Below are positions 32,595 through 41,754 of a DNA stretch of 64,000 bases, piece after piece. The first letter of the stretch is position 1, and every line of letters starts with the position of its first letter. A model generated the notes under the pieces. It did no database searches and had not been told where the DNA came from. It was given only the letters and a program-made list of their open reading frames with translations. Origin of the DNA: an uncultured Saccharophagus sp. (lineage in GTDB: Bacteria; Pseudomonadota; Gammaproteobacteria; Pseudomonadales; Cellvibrionaceae); assembly GCA_937920545.1 (NCBI GenBank), contig CAKZUG010000011.1:5975-69974 (forward strand), given 5' to 3'. Both the position numbers and the translations under genes were made by a program.

Positions 32595-33875
32595 TTATGG
32601 CGCAGTTTCAGTCTCAGTTGCGAAACTCACGTTGTAACCACGAACAGTGACTTTACCTGCTGGTGCTACACCGGATTCACCTGTTAACACACGAATGCCT
32701 ACACGAAACTGATCGCCCTCGGCTGGCGTAGCCGATCGGATTTGGTCGCTGTCAACGGTACAGCCTGTAATGGTGAGCGGAGTATTGGCAGTAAATGCTG
32801 TAGCGGCGGTAGTGCAACCGAAAAAACCACCAAAGAAGGCTGGATCACCGAAGCCGTTGCCTTGCACAATGATTTCAACTGATGCGCCAGAATCAATAAA
32901 GTCTTGATCGACTTCAACCACAGGTGTAATGGCTGCCATGTCGAAATTGTATTCGGTAGCATCTAATAACGAGTAGAGACCATCTTGATTGTTAGCAGCG
33001 ACAAAGCTCACGCCGCTAAAGTCATCTTCTTGATCAGCACTAAAGGGAGCAAAGCCGCCATCGGGGCCACGTCCGCCTGTCCAATGTGTTGAAGAAAGGC
33101 CAATATTGCCTTCGCTATCAAACTGTACAGGCTCAGTAACAACCACTTCGCCATCGGCTAGGGTGATTTTTGCGCTAATTACAAGCACAATACCAGCTGG
33201 AGCGGCTGGGTCGGTCACACCTTCGGCTGTGTCAGATTTAAACTGAATACCAAAGCGCCATTCGCCAGACCCAGTTGGAGGCGTATCTAAAGTAGGGTCA
33301 TTAAAATTACATGTGCTTGACATCAATACAGCGGTACCGTTTTCGTCATAACTGGTGTTATCGATAAAGCATGACCCATCCGCACTTGATACAAACGCAA
33401 AAGTAGTACCGTTTTGAATAAATAATTGTAAATCTGCATTACTGTTTAAGTAGCCTTGATCAGCTTCTAGTGTTAAGTCAACCCTGGCTCCTTGTAGATT
33501 GGTTGAACCAGGAAGTAGTGTAAAAAAGATGTCATCGTTTGCTTCGGGTTTAAGTTGAATATCGTCTTGCACGCCAGTAACAACACGCTCCTGTGAGCCA
33601 TCAGTTGATTGTCCAACCCAAAGTTCCTCAGAAAGGTTGATGTTGCCTTGCTCATCAATGGCTAGAGGAGGTGTTTCGCCACCCGTTTCGCCACCGCTAG
33701 ACGAACTGCTTGAAGAACTGCTTGAAGAGCTGCTTGAAGAGCTACTTGAAGAGCTACTTGAAGAGCTGCTTGAGCTTGATGAGTCAGAGCTGCTTCCACC
33801 GCCGCCTCCTCCGCCACATGCTGTAAGAGCCGTAGTTAATACTAATGCCGATAAAAGCTTTATCTTATTGTCCAT
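32595..33875 (-). CDS. Lipoprotein with Gly/poly-Ser linker and two tandem CBM15-like domains
   Basis: Lipobox LTA-C20, G7, then 32 Ser in 33 residues; two homologous ~175-aa acidic beta-rich repeats with 2 Cys each; motifs SNADLQLFIQ, FGIQFK, PAGIVLVISAKITLA. Confidence 0.8.
   Translation of the reverse strand: MDNKIKLLSALVLTTALTACGGGGGGGSSSDSSSSSSSSSSSSSSSSSSSSSSSSSSSSSGGETGGETPPLAIDEQGNINLSEELWVGQSTDGSQERVVTGVQDDIQLKPEANDDIFFTLLPGSTNLQGARVDLTLEADQGYLNSNADLQLFIQNGTTFAFVSSADGSCFIDNTSYDENGTAVLMSSTCNFNDPTLDTPPTGSGEWRFGIQFKSDTAEGVTDPAAPAGIVLVISAKITLADGEVVVTEPVQFDSEGNIGLSSTHWTGGRGPDGGFAPFSADQEDDFSGVSFVAANNQDGLYSLLDATEYNFDMAAITPVVEVDQDFIDSGASVEIIVQGNGFGDPAFFGGFFGCTTAATAFTANTPLTITGCTVDSDQIRSATPAEGDQFRVGIRVLTGESGVAPAGKVTVRGYNVSFATETETAP
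33709..33768. repeat. Five tandem 12-nt units encoding the poly-serine linker
   Basis: CTTGAAGAACTG, CTTGAAGAGCTG, CTTGAAGAGCTA x2, CTTGAAGAGCTG. Confidence 0.9.
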
Positions 33876-34247
33876 AAATGTCTCACTTGTTGATATTGAT
33901 GTGGGTGTAACGTTTTAAATAGTATATTGGTGTTATGTTGACGGTAATTGTTAGTCACATAATCAATATTACATCTAAAAATGTATTTTTTTTTACATTT
34001 TTGAGAAGTTATAGGACTAACAATATAACGATATAGGGTAAAAAAGTAGACTAAATTTCTAAATATAATAAAAGATGTTTTTTATCTTCGTTCTGGTTAT
34101 ATTTGTTTCATTTATTTTGTTGTGATGTAATTTTTCGTGCCATTTTGTTTTTTTTGGGTTAGTTTTTTGTGCTTTTCTGTCTGGGTTCTAGATGTTTCTG
34201 GAGGGTGTTTTTATTAATATTAAGGTGTGGCCTGGAGGTGTATAGTC

Positions 34248-34655
34248 ATGTTTATCAATGCCGTGTTTACCATGTTTAGAGCGCACCGTGAAATTATTGT
34301 ATTTCTTTTGGTGGGTGGCCTGGCTACGCTCAGTCATTATTGTGTGGCGATATCCAGCGTTTTTTTTATGGGATTGTCGCTTCAGGTTGCAAATATAATG
34401 GGTTTTGGGGCGGGGTTTGTAGTATCTTACCTTGGGCATGCGTTATTGACATTTAGATCGCAAATTACTGCGCAGTCATTTGTCAGATTTATATTGCTGG
34501 CTGCATGTAATTATGGTTTATCAACCTTATTGCTTTTTGTTTTTTCAGTTAAGTTTGAGCTTGATTATCGCGTTGCTTTTTTCTTAGTGGTTAGTATTTT
34601 ACCTGTTGTCAGTTTTTTTCTCGGAAAGTACTTCGTGTTTCAAAAAGCCGTCTAG
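34248..34655 (+). CDS. GtrA-family small flippase-like membrane protein
   Basis: FLLVGGLAT, ANIMGF...SYLGH...TF, FVRF, K.FVF end; four TM helices; GGAGG RBS. Confidence 0.85.
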   Translation: MFINAVFTMFRAHREIIVFLLVGGLATLSHYCVAISSVFFMGLSLQVANIMGFGAGFVVSYLGHALLTFRSQITAQSFVRFILLAACNYGLSTLLLFVFSVKFELDYRVAFFLVVSILPVVSFFLGKYFVFQKAV

Positions 34656-34732
34656 TTATCGTTTTGTCAGGTCTTATCTTGTTTCTTATTCGTCTTTTAT
34701 ACTTTTCAATTTTTTTAAGGTAGCTTTTTTTA

Positions 34733-36103
34733 ATGTTGATTAAAAATGAAGCTCGTGCCGTTGGCGCGTTGTCTCTTTTGTATGCGTTTAGAATGCTTGG
34801 GCTATTTATGGTCTTGCCGATTTTGGTGCTTTACGGTAACCAATATGCGGGAGCGACACCAACGATGTTGGGTTTGGCGTTGGGTGTATATGGTTTAACA
34901 CAAGCATTATTCCAGATCCCGTTGGGGATGTTATCGGATTTTGTTAGCCGTAAGCTTGTTATTAGTGCGGGCTTGCTTATATTTGCTTTGGGTAGCGTGA
35001 TAGCTGCAATGGCCGAGAGTATCGTCTGGTTGATTATTGGTCGGGCCTTACAGGGTAGCGGTGCTATAGCGAGTACTATTATGGCGCTTGTGAGCGATAT
35101 TACCTGCGACGAAAATCGCACGAAAGCCATGGCGTCAATTGGCGCATCAATCGGGACTGCATTTTCACTGGCTATGATCTTAGGTCCTTTTTTAGGGGGC
35201 GTAGGTGGATTAAGTTTGGTTTTTTACGTGTGTGCAGGATTGGCTATAGCTGGTGTAGCCATTGTTGTGTGGGTTGTGCCTACACCCAATATGGTTACTC
35301 AAAATAGAGAGAGCGCACCTGTACTGAGGCTACTTAAAACGGCTTTAAGAAATATTGAACTCATGCGTTTAAATGTTGGCGTTTTTGTTCTGCACGCTCT
35401 GCTAATGCTGAGCTTTTTGGCTTGGCCAGTTATTATGGAGCAAGACCTTGGCTTGAATCGGTCTTACCATTGGGCGGTGTATTTACTTTTGGTTGCTTGT
35501 GCTATGGCAGTTATTATTCCGTTGATTATTTTCTCTGAACGCAAACAAAAGATTAAGCCTGTATTTATTAGCGGGGTAGCTACATTGGTTATCAGTATGC
35601 TGGTTTTTGCGTTGTTGCCTGTTGGACATTGGGGATTTTGGTTTTGTATGGTGGTATTTTTTACAGCGTTTAATTTACTCGAGGCGACGCTACCTTCACT
35701 GGTGAGTAAGTTGTCGCCAGTTGGGTCGCGTGGGACCGCCATGGGTGTGTATGCTTCCTCTCAGTTTTTTGGTGCTTTTATTGGGGGGTTTGGTGGCGGT
35801 ATTTTACTGAATTACTTTGGTGTGTCTGGCGTGTTTTGGGGAGGTGTGGTGCTGTCTTTAGCTTGGCTATGGGTGGCGATGTTTATGTCTCGTCCGCAAC
35901 ATTTAACGAGTTTGAGTGTTAGTTATTACGCACGTAACCCGTCGAGCTGTCGGTTAAGTGACGATGCGCATGGCGATATATTAGCGGTGCAAGGCGTACA
36001 TGATGTGCTCTGGGATTCTTCGAGTAAGTTGCTGTACCTTAAAGTTGATAAAGCCCATTTTAATCGTGAAAAATTAGATGCTTGTTTAAATACATTACAT
36101 TAA
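34733..36103 (+). CDS. MFS transporter (YajR-like)
   Basis: RMLGLFMVLP, YGLTQALFQIPLG, GRALQGSGAI, FNLLEATLPS, YLKVD; usual position upstream of ssb. Confidence 0.93.
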   Translation: MLIKNEARAVGALSLLYAFRMLGLFMVLPILVLYGNQYAGATPTMLGLALGVYGLTQALFQIPLGMLSDFVSRKLVISAGLLIFALGSVIAAMAESIVWLIIGRALQGSGAIASTIMALVSDITCDENRTKAMASIGASIGTAFSLAMILGPFLGGVGGLSLVFYVCAGLAIAGVAIVVWVVPTPNMVTQNRESAPVLRLLKTALRNIELMRLNVGVFVLHALLMLSFLAWPVIMEQDLGLNRSYHWAVYLLLVACAMAVIIPLIIFSERKQKIKPVFISGVATLVISMLVFALLPVGHWGFWFCMVVFFTAFNLLEATLPSLVSKLSPVGSRGTAMGVYASSQFFGAFIGGFGGGILLNYFGVSGVFWGGVVLSLAWLWVAMFMSRPQHLTSLSVSYYARNPSSCRLSDDAHGDILAVQGVHDVLWDSSSKLLYLKVDKAHFNREKLDACLNTLH

Positions 36104-36248
36104 GAGTGGTCGTCTCGCCTCATGGGGCGATTACGTCTGGTGTCTGTTTAGGCAATCAACTAGAATAGCGATCAATGTTTATTTTCTTGTGCGGCCGTTA
36201 GGTGTTATTTATGAATAGCGGCCGCGCTTATTAATTTTTGGAGGCAGC

Positions 36249-36812
36249 ATGGCGCAGCGCGGCGTAAATAAAGTGATTTTAGTAGGTAACTTGGGTAATG
36301 ATCCTGAGACAAAGTACACTGCAAGTGGGTCGGCGATTACCAATATTAGTATTGCTACATCAGAAACGTGGAAAGACAAGCAAACGGGCCAGCAGCAAGA
36401 GCGTACGGAATGGCATCGTGTGGTGTTTTTTAACCGCTTAGCGGAAATAGCCGGTGAGTATTTACGCAAAGGCAGTAAAGTGTATTTAGAGGGGTCACTG
36501 CGTACAAATAAATGGCAAGATCAGCAGGGTAACGATCGTTACAATACTGATATTGTCGCCAGTGAAATGCAAATGCTCGATAGCCGGAACGATAACGGTG
36601 GCATGGGCGGCGGTATGGGTAATCAGCAAGGCGGTATGGGTGGCGGTATGAGCAATCCACAAGGCGGCGGTTATGCAAACCAAGGCGCGCCCCAGCAGCC
36701 ACCAGCACGCCAACCTCAAGCATCACGTCCTCAACAAAATAACCAGCCTGCACCTCAAGCGCCACAGCCGCCGCAAGGTATGGATGATTTTGATGATGAT
36801 ATCCCGTTTTAA
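36249..36812 (+). CDS. ssb: Single-stranded DNA-binding protein
   Basis: [20 protein letters not shown], Gly/Gln/Pro linker, DFDDDIPF tip. Confidence 0.99.
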   Translation: MAQRGVNKVILVGNLGNDPETKYTASGSAITNISIATSETWKDKQTGQQQERTEWHRVVFFNRLAEIAGEYLRKGSKVYLEGSLRTNKWQDQQGNDRYNTDIVASEMQMLDSRNDNGGMGGGMGNQQGGMGGGMSNPQGGGYANQGAPQQPPARQPQASRPQQNNQPAPQAPQPPQGMDDFDDDIPF

Positions 36813-36853
36813 TTGGCCTATGAAAAGCCATAACTTGTGTTAGTTGCAAGTAC

Positions 36854-36882
36854 AAAAAAGCCTCGATAATCGAGGCTTTTTT
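36854..36882. terminator. Bidirectional intrinsic terminator
   Basis: A6-GCCTCGAT-A-ATCGAGGC-T6. Confidence 0.85.
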
Positions 36883-36920
36883 GTGTGTAAAAGAATGTTA
36901 TCTAAATGATCGGTACAGCA

Positions 36921-37715
36921 TTATAAGCGGTTGAGTAAATCACTTTTTTTGTTGTTGTATTCGTCATCAGTCAATGCACCTGCGTCGCGTAGACTGGCCA
37001 GTTTTTCTATTAGGCTCAGTATTTGATCTGCACTTTGGTTTTGTGTTGCCTGTTGTTCTGGGCTGTCTGTATTATTTTGGGGTGTATTGAGTAACTGATC
37101 CTGAGAGGCTGTCGTTTGCTCAATTTTTTGTGTTGCTTGAGGTGTTGCTGCTTGCGGCGGCAAAGAGCTGTTGTCGCCATTGACTAACGGTAGGCTGTCT
37201 ATGCTAAATGCACCAAATTGACTATTAAATGTGACTGAATCATTACCGCCTTGTTGCTGGCTAACGCCACCAATTTGGTGATCTAGTGTGTCATATACCT
37301 TTACAATACCGTTGGTATCTACGGCTAAGCGCTGTGGGAAAATAGCATAGCGAGTGTTATTTTGAGCGCCGCTGCTAAATGGACTGCCTAGATCTTGAGG
37401 CCACCATTGGTTAGATGAGCTGCTACCTTGTGCTGTGGCAGGGTACATCTGGTTGTTGACCAATGCGGTGGCGAGCTCACAACATAGGTTGTCGACGGTG
37501 TTTTTAAGGCCGTTATTAAACATATCGCCTACCATGGTCATACCACCGCTCATCCACTGGCCCGAGCCACCTAGCTCAGGACAATTGAATTGCGCCATAC
37601 CGCCGCCGCCATTATTGACTGCGCCTAGCATATGTATAACCGCGTCAAGGCTGAGGTTATAGCGTCGTGCAATATCATTGATTACAACTTGGCCTTGGGG
37701 TGTGAGGTTTAGCAT
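36921..37715 (-). CDS. SHOCT domain-containing conserved protein
   Basis: C-terminal IEKLASLRDAGALTDDEYNNKKSDLL (SHOCT); Gly-rich N-terminal domain; Gln/Thr/Pro linker. Confidence 0.85.
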   Translation of the reverse strand: MLNLTPQGQVVINDIARRYNLSLDAVIHMLGAVNNGGGGMAQFNCPELGGSGQWMSGGMTMVGDMFNNGLKNTVDNLCCELATALVNNQMYPATAQGSSSSNQWWPQDLGSPFSSGAQNNTRYAIFPQRLAVDTNGIVKVYDTLDHQIGGVSQQQGGNDSVTFNSQFGAFSIDSLPLVNGDNSSLPPQAATPQATQKIEQTTASQDQLLNTPQNNTDSPEQQATQNQSADQILSLIEKLASLRDAGALTDDEYNNKKSDLLNRL

Positions 37716-37890
37716 AATTTATCCAGTTTGCTATTTAAGCAAAAAATATAAGAGTGAGTTACAGAGAGGTTTGGCGTGTGGTGTCGATTAATGATCAGGG
37801 TGATTATCATCAACGCCCTTATTAAAAGTGTAAGTGTTTATGGTGATATTACCTAGTTTATCGTAGTGAAGTCTTAGTTTATTTATCGTG

Positions 37891-39141
37891 TTAAGTGCTT
37901 TTTTCGTTTTTATTGGTATAAATAAAAAGCAGTAAGCAGCACGCTCCTAAAACAGATGAGCATGCGGCGCCAAGGTTGGCGTATTGAAAACTGAGTAATT
38001 GTGCAATAAACCCTGTTATGGTTGCGCCAAACATAACACCTATTTTGAAGCTGTTTGAGTATACCGCGGAGGTGAAGCCGACTCTGCTAGGCAGTTGAGC
38101 CTGCATCAATGTTAAGCCTACGCCCGCAAACAGACCGTAAAAAAGGGCGTTTAAAGCTTGCAACGTAACAAAGTGCCAAAGTTCAGAGGCAAAGAAAATA
38201 CCGATATAAAACATAAAACCAAAGCCGAATGCGCAGAGCATAATCGTTGTCATGCTGATTTTTTTACTTAAACGGCTAGACCACAGCATGATGGGTATTT
38301 CTAGTCCTGCGACTAATCCCATTAATACTCCCGGCATGTAGCTCGCTAAATTCAACTCTTTAATCGTATACAGCGCTAGCGATGAGGTATACATATTGTT
38401 CCCCATAGACCCCATCATAACGGCCAGAGCTAAAAACCAAAACGAGAGCGGTGCTTGGGTATGCTTCAGTGTATTGTTCTCTGTATGCTGCTTTGGCGGT
38501 GGCGTGGGTATGATGAATACCACAAATAAAATACCTACGCAGGCAATGGCCATCGCCAATGAGAACACACCCGAAAAGCCCAATATGGCTACAATACTAA
38601 AGGCAATCGGTGGGCCGATCATCCAAGAAAAAGAAATGCCCGCGCGGACTTGTGCATTAAAAGCCGTAATATCTATGTTTGGCTGAGTGTTGGCCCATTG
38701 CCTGCCCAGCGTTAACATTTGCGGCATGCTAGCATTACCCAATGACATCAACCCAATGCCTGCCAGTAATACGGCTGTAAAACTCTGCGTATTTGCGTAT
38801 ACGCAGAGTGCGAGGATAATGCCAATATTGGCAATAATATACATATGTTTTGGGTTGCGGCCATTATCGGCAAGGCGGCCAAAAAATTGGCTTACTGTTA
38901 AGCCAGATAGTGTAACAAGGACCATATAGACCCCGATATAAACGGGTTCTATATTGATTTCATCGACTAAAAAAAAGCTGAGCAACGGGTAAATGAAGCC
39001 ACCAATTAAACCAGTCATAACACTCAGAACGATAAAGACGAGTGGAGAGCTAGAGTGTGCGGGTGGCGCTAATTGTGTTGACGAATTTAAGGAATGTTGC
39101 GGTGGGCTAGAGTCGCTCATATTTAGATTTTGCTTCTTCAT
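37891..39141 (-). CDS. MFS sugar efflux transporter (SetA-like)
   Basis: About 12 TM helices; PQM, RAGISFSWMIGPP, AGLEIPIML motifs. Confidence 0.85.
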   Translation of the reverse strand: MKKQNLNMSDSSPPQHSLNSSTQLAPPAHSSSPLVFIVLSVMTGLIGGFIYPLLSFFLVDEINIEPVYIGVYMVLVTLSGLTVSQFFGRLADNGRNPKHMYIIANIGIILALCVYANTQSFTAVLLAGIGLMSLGNASMPQMLTLGRQWANTQPNIDITAFNAQVRAGISFSWMIGPPIAFSIVAILGFSGVFSLAMAIACVGILFVVFIIPTPPPKQHTENNTLKHTQAPLSFWFLALAVMMGSMGNNMYTSSLALYTIKELNLASYMPGVLMGLVAGLEIPIMLWSSRLSKKISMTTIMLCAFGFGFMFYIGIFFASELWHFVTLQALNALFYGLFAGVGLTLMQAQLPSRVGFTSAVYSNSFKIGVMFGATITGFIAQLLSFQYANLGAACSSVLGACCLLLFIYTNKNEKST

Positions 39142-39307
39142 GAAAAATGGGCATAGTAAGGGAATACACTTTGAGGTGGTAGCATTAATATTATTTAGGC
39201 TAAGGCACTTTTAGTTTTAAATACAGTCAAGTCTTCATAGGTTCTTTATAATTATCACTATTTTTACTGCCCGTTAATTTATGCTGTTTTTATCGAAGGA
39301 CTGTCGA

Positions 39308-40237
39308 ATGATGCACCAAGAGGATACGACCATCACACCGATCAAATTAATCACCATCACATTACTTGCCCTTGTGGCTTTTGCCGCCAACTCTGTTTTA
39401 AGCCGTATGGCTTTAATGGATGATGCATTGGATGCCGCTAGCTTCACGTCGATAAGGTTGATCTCGGGTATTGTGATGTTGTTTTTAATGATGGCGTTTA
39501 TGACGTCGAGTAAGCCATCGAAGCAAAATATATCGTCAAATAGTAGCGATATGCAGCCATCAATTGGTAAGGGTAAAAATCTGAGCGCATGTATGCTGTT
39601 TGTTTATGCCGTTACTTTTTCCTATGCTTACGGTTATTTGGATGCGGGCGCTGGGGCGTTAATTCTGTTTGGGGTGGTGCAAATAACGTTATTTGGTGCG
39701 GCTATTTATAAGCGTATCCCCGTGAGTTTGGCCGAGTGGGTGGGGGTGAGCATTGCTTTTACAGGGCTGGCGGTATTGGTTTACCCCACACTCAATAAAC
39801 CGGTATTAATCGGTGTCATTCTTATGGCGGTGTCGGGTGTGGCGTGGGCAGGCTATACATTAATGGGGGCGCAGTCTAGCCATCCATTAAGCGATACTGC
39901 TTATAATTTTTTGCGTACATTACCGCTAATCATTGTCCTGTTGTGCGTAGCGGGGTCGCAGTTATCTGTGTCGGCTTACGGGGCTTGGCTGGCTGTTTTA
40001 TCTGGTGCGCTCGCTTCAGGTGTTGGATACACATTATGGTACGCAGTGTTGCCTTCATTACCCAAATCTATTGCGGCAGTGGCGCAGCTATTGGTGCCTG
40101 TTATTGCGGCTCTTGGCGGTGCTATTTTTACTTTAGAGGTAATTACGATCAATTTAACTATTGCTATCGGCCTGGTTAGCTTGGGTGTGGGTATTGTCAC
40201 CTGGGCTAAAACAAGGCAGCTAACTAAGGCCATTTAA
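39308..40237 (+). CDS. DMT/EamA family transporter
   Basis: AFAANSVLSRMAL, ALILFG.VQ, SG.GY.LWY, QLLVPVIAA; AAGGA RBS before ATG 39308. Confidence 0.9.
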   Translation: MMHQEDTTITPIKLITITLLALVAFAANSVLSRMALMDDALDAASFTSIRLISGIVMLFLMMAFMTSSKPSKQNISSNSSDMQPSIGKGKNLSACMLFVYAVTFSYAYGYLDAGAGALILFGVVQITLFGAAIYKRIPVSLAEWVGVSIAFTGLAVLVYPTLNKPVLIGVILMAVSGVAWAGYTLMGAQSSHPLSDTAYNFLRTLPLIIVLLCVAGSQLSVSAYGAWLAVLSGALASGVGYTLWYAVLPSLPKSIAAVAQLLVPVIAALGGAIFTLEVITINLTIAIGLVSLGVGIVTWAKTRQLTKAI

Positions 40238-40255
40238 AGAAAGGCCATTTAAAGA
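40226..40255. repeat. Perfect 15-bp tandem duplication spanning the DMT stop codon
   Basis: AAGGCCATTTAAAGA x2. Confidence 0.9.
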
Positions 40256-40266
40256 GAGGGGGGATT

Positions 40267-40572
40267 ATGCTGGTATACACACATCAAAATAACTTGCTTG
40301 TCGAGAGCGTAAAAAACACATTAGAGCATGCCGGTATCGTCTGTGAAACCAAAAATACCACACTACAAAGTGGTTTTGGTGAGTTGTCGGGTATTGATAC
40401 ATGGCCTGAGGTTTGGGTACTGGATTCATCTGATGTTGAGCGCGCAAAAGAAATAGTTGAATCATTAAATACAGCACTTGATACATCTCAAGCGTGGCGC
40501 TGCGAGCGCTGCGGCGAGCAAAATGAAGCCAGTTTTGATTTTTGCTGGCGCTGCCAAACGGCCGCATCTTAA
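40267..40572 (+). CDS. DUF2007-type protein with C-terminal RanBP2-like zinc finger
   Basis: LEHAGI, GEL, WPEVWV, WRCERCGEQNEASFDFCWRC. Confidence 0.85.
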   Translation: MLVYTHQNNLLVESVKNTLEHAGIVCETKNTTLQSGFGELSGIDTWPEVWVLDSSDVERAKEIVESLNTALDTSQAWRCERCGEQNEASFDFCWRCQTAAS

Positions 40573-40596
40573 TAGCGATTAACATAGGATGTCTAC

Positions 40597-41694
40597 ATGC
40601 AAACACGTCGCCGATTTTTAGCGCAAGCGCTGGCTTCTGCCGCCGCAACTGGCTTAGCTTCTCCTCTTGCGCAATCTCAACTGTACAACAATAAACCACA
40701 AAAAAAATTAGGCGTAGCTCTTGTGGGGTTGGGTTATTACAGCACCGACCTTATTGCCCCTGCTTTACAGTTTACACAACACTGCGAATTGCGCGGTATT
40801 GTGACTGGTTCACCAGAAAAAATACCTGTTTGGAAAAAAAAATACGGCATTAAAGATGCCAATGTATACAGCTATAACAACATGCATACTATGGCCGATA
40901 ACCCCGATATCGATATTGTTTATATAATATTGCCCACTTTTTTACATAAAAAATACAGCGTTATTGGTGCAGATGCGGGCAAGCATGTTTGGTGTGAAAA
41001 GCCTATGGCCATGAATGTGAAAGAGTGCCAAGACATTATTGATGCATGCGCTAAAAATAAAGTGCAATTGGCCATTGGGTATCGTATGCAGCATGAACCT
41101 AATACGCAAACAGTGATTGGCTACGCTAAAACCAAACCCTTTGGTAAGCAAAAAAGTTTAATTTGTGAGGCGGGCTATGCGGGTAAAGGATTCCCAGCCG
41201 ATAACTGGAAAATGTTTCATAAATACGGTGGCGGTGGTCTTTACGATATGGGCGTATACGCTATTAATGCCGCGCGGTACGCCACAGGTATGAACCCCAT
41301 ATCGATTCAGGCGCAGCATGTAACGACTATGCCAGACACTTTTATCCATGCCGATGAGCGCACGCAATTCACATTGCAGTTCGAGAATGGCGTTTATGCA
41401 ACTTGCCAAGCCAGTCAAACAAGCCGCGTTAATCAGTTGCATGTTGAGTGCGAAAAAGGCTGGTATCGCTTATCACCCATGCAAGAATATGTGGGCGTAG
41501 AAGGCATCACAAGTACGGGCAAACGGTTAAATATCCCTGTTGCCAACCAGCAAGCGACTCAGATGGATAATGACAGCTTGGCAATTTTAAATAAGCAGGC
41601 TAACTTGGTGAGAGGGCAAGATGGTTTGGAAGATATACGTGTCGTTACTGCGGGTTTGGCTTCGGCCAAGAGCGGTAAAGTAGAGGTGATTTAA
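40597..41694 (+). CDS. Tat-exported Gfo/Idh/MocA oxidoreductase (glucose-fructose/aldose-aldose oxidoreductase-like)
   Basis: TRRRFL twin-Arg signal; VGLGYYS, GKHVWCEKPMA, GGG.LYDMGVY. Confidence 0.92.
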   Translation: MQTRRRFLAQALASAAATGLASPLAQSQLYNNKPQKKLGVALVGLGYYSTDLIAPALQFTQHCELRGIVTGSPEKIPVWKKKYGIKDANVYSYNNMHTMADNPDIDIVYIILPTFLHKKYSVIGADAGKHVWCEKPMAMNVKECQDIIDACAKNKVQLAIGYRMQHEPNTQTVIGYAKTKPFGKQKSLICEAGYAGKGFPADNWKMFHKYGGGGLYDMGVYAINAARYATGMNPISIQAQHVTTMPDTFIHADERTQFTLQFENGVYATCQASQTSRVNQLHVECEKGWYRLSPMQEYVGVEGITSTGKRLNIPVANQQATQMDNDSLAILNKQANLVRGQDGLEDIRVVTAGLASAKSGKVEVI

Positions 41695-41704
41695 GCGGGT
41701 CGAT

Positions 41705-41733
41705 ATCAGTGATGAGTTTAGGTAATCACTGAT
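41705..41733. terminator. Hairpin between convergent genes (possible terminator)
   Basis: ATCAGTGAT-N11-ATCACTGAT. Confidence 0.45.
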
Positions 41734-41754
41734 TGATGCATTGTTTGACAAGGT

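Noticed and set aside
33637-33918. Plus-strand ORF with LEELLEEL and poly-Pro
   Set aside because: Antisense reading of the poly-Ser/Gly linker
36595-36780. GGMGGGM repeats in ssb
   Set aside because: Ordinary disordered SSB linker
37790-37825. Fur-box-like GTTGATGATAATCACCCTG upstream of the SHOCT gene
   Set aside because: Only about 13 of 19 match, no iron-related context, and it could equally be part of a weak hairpin
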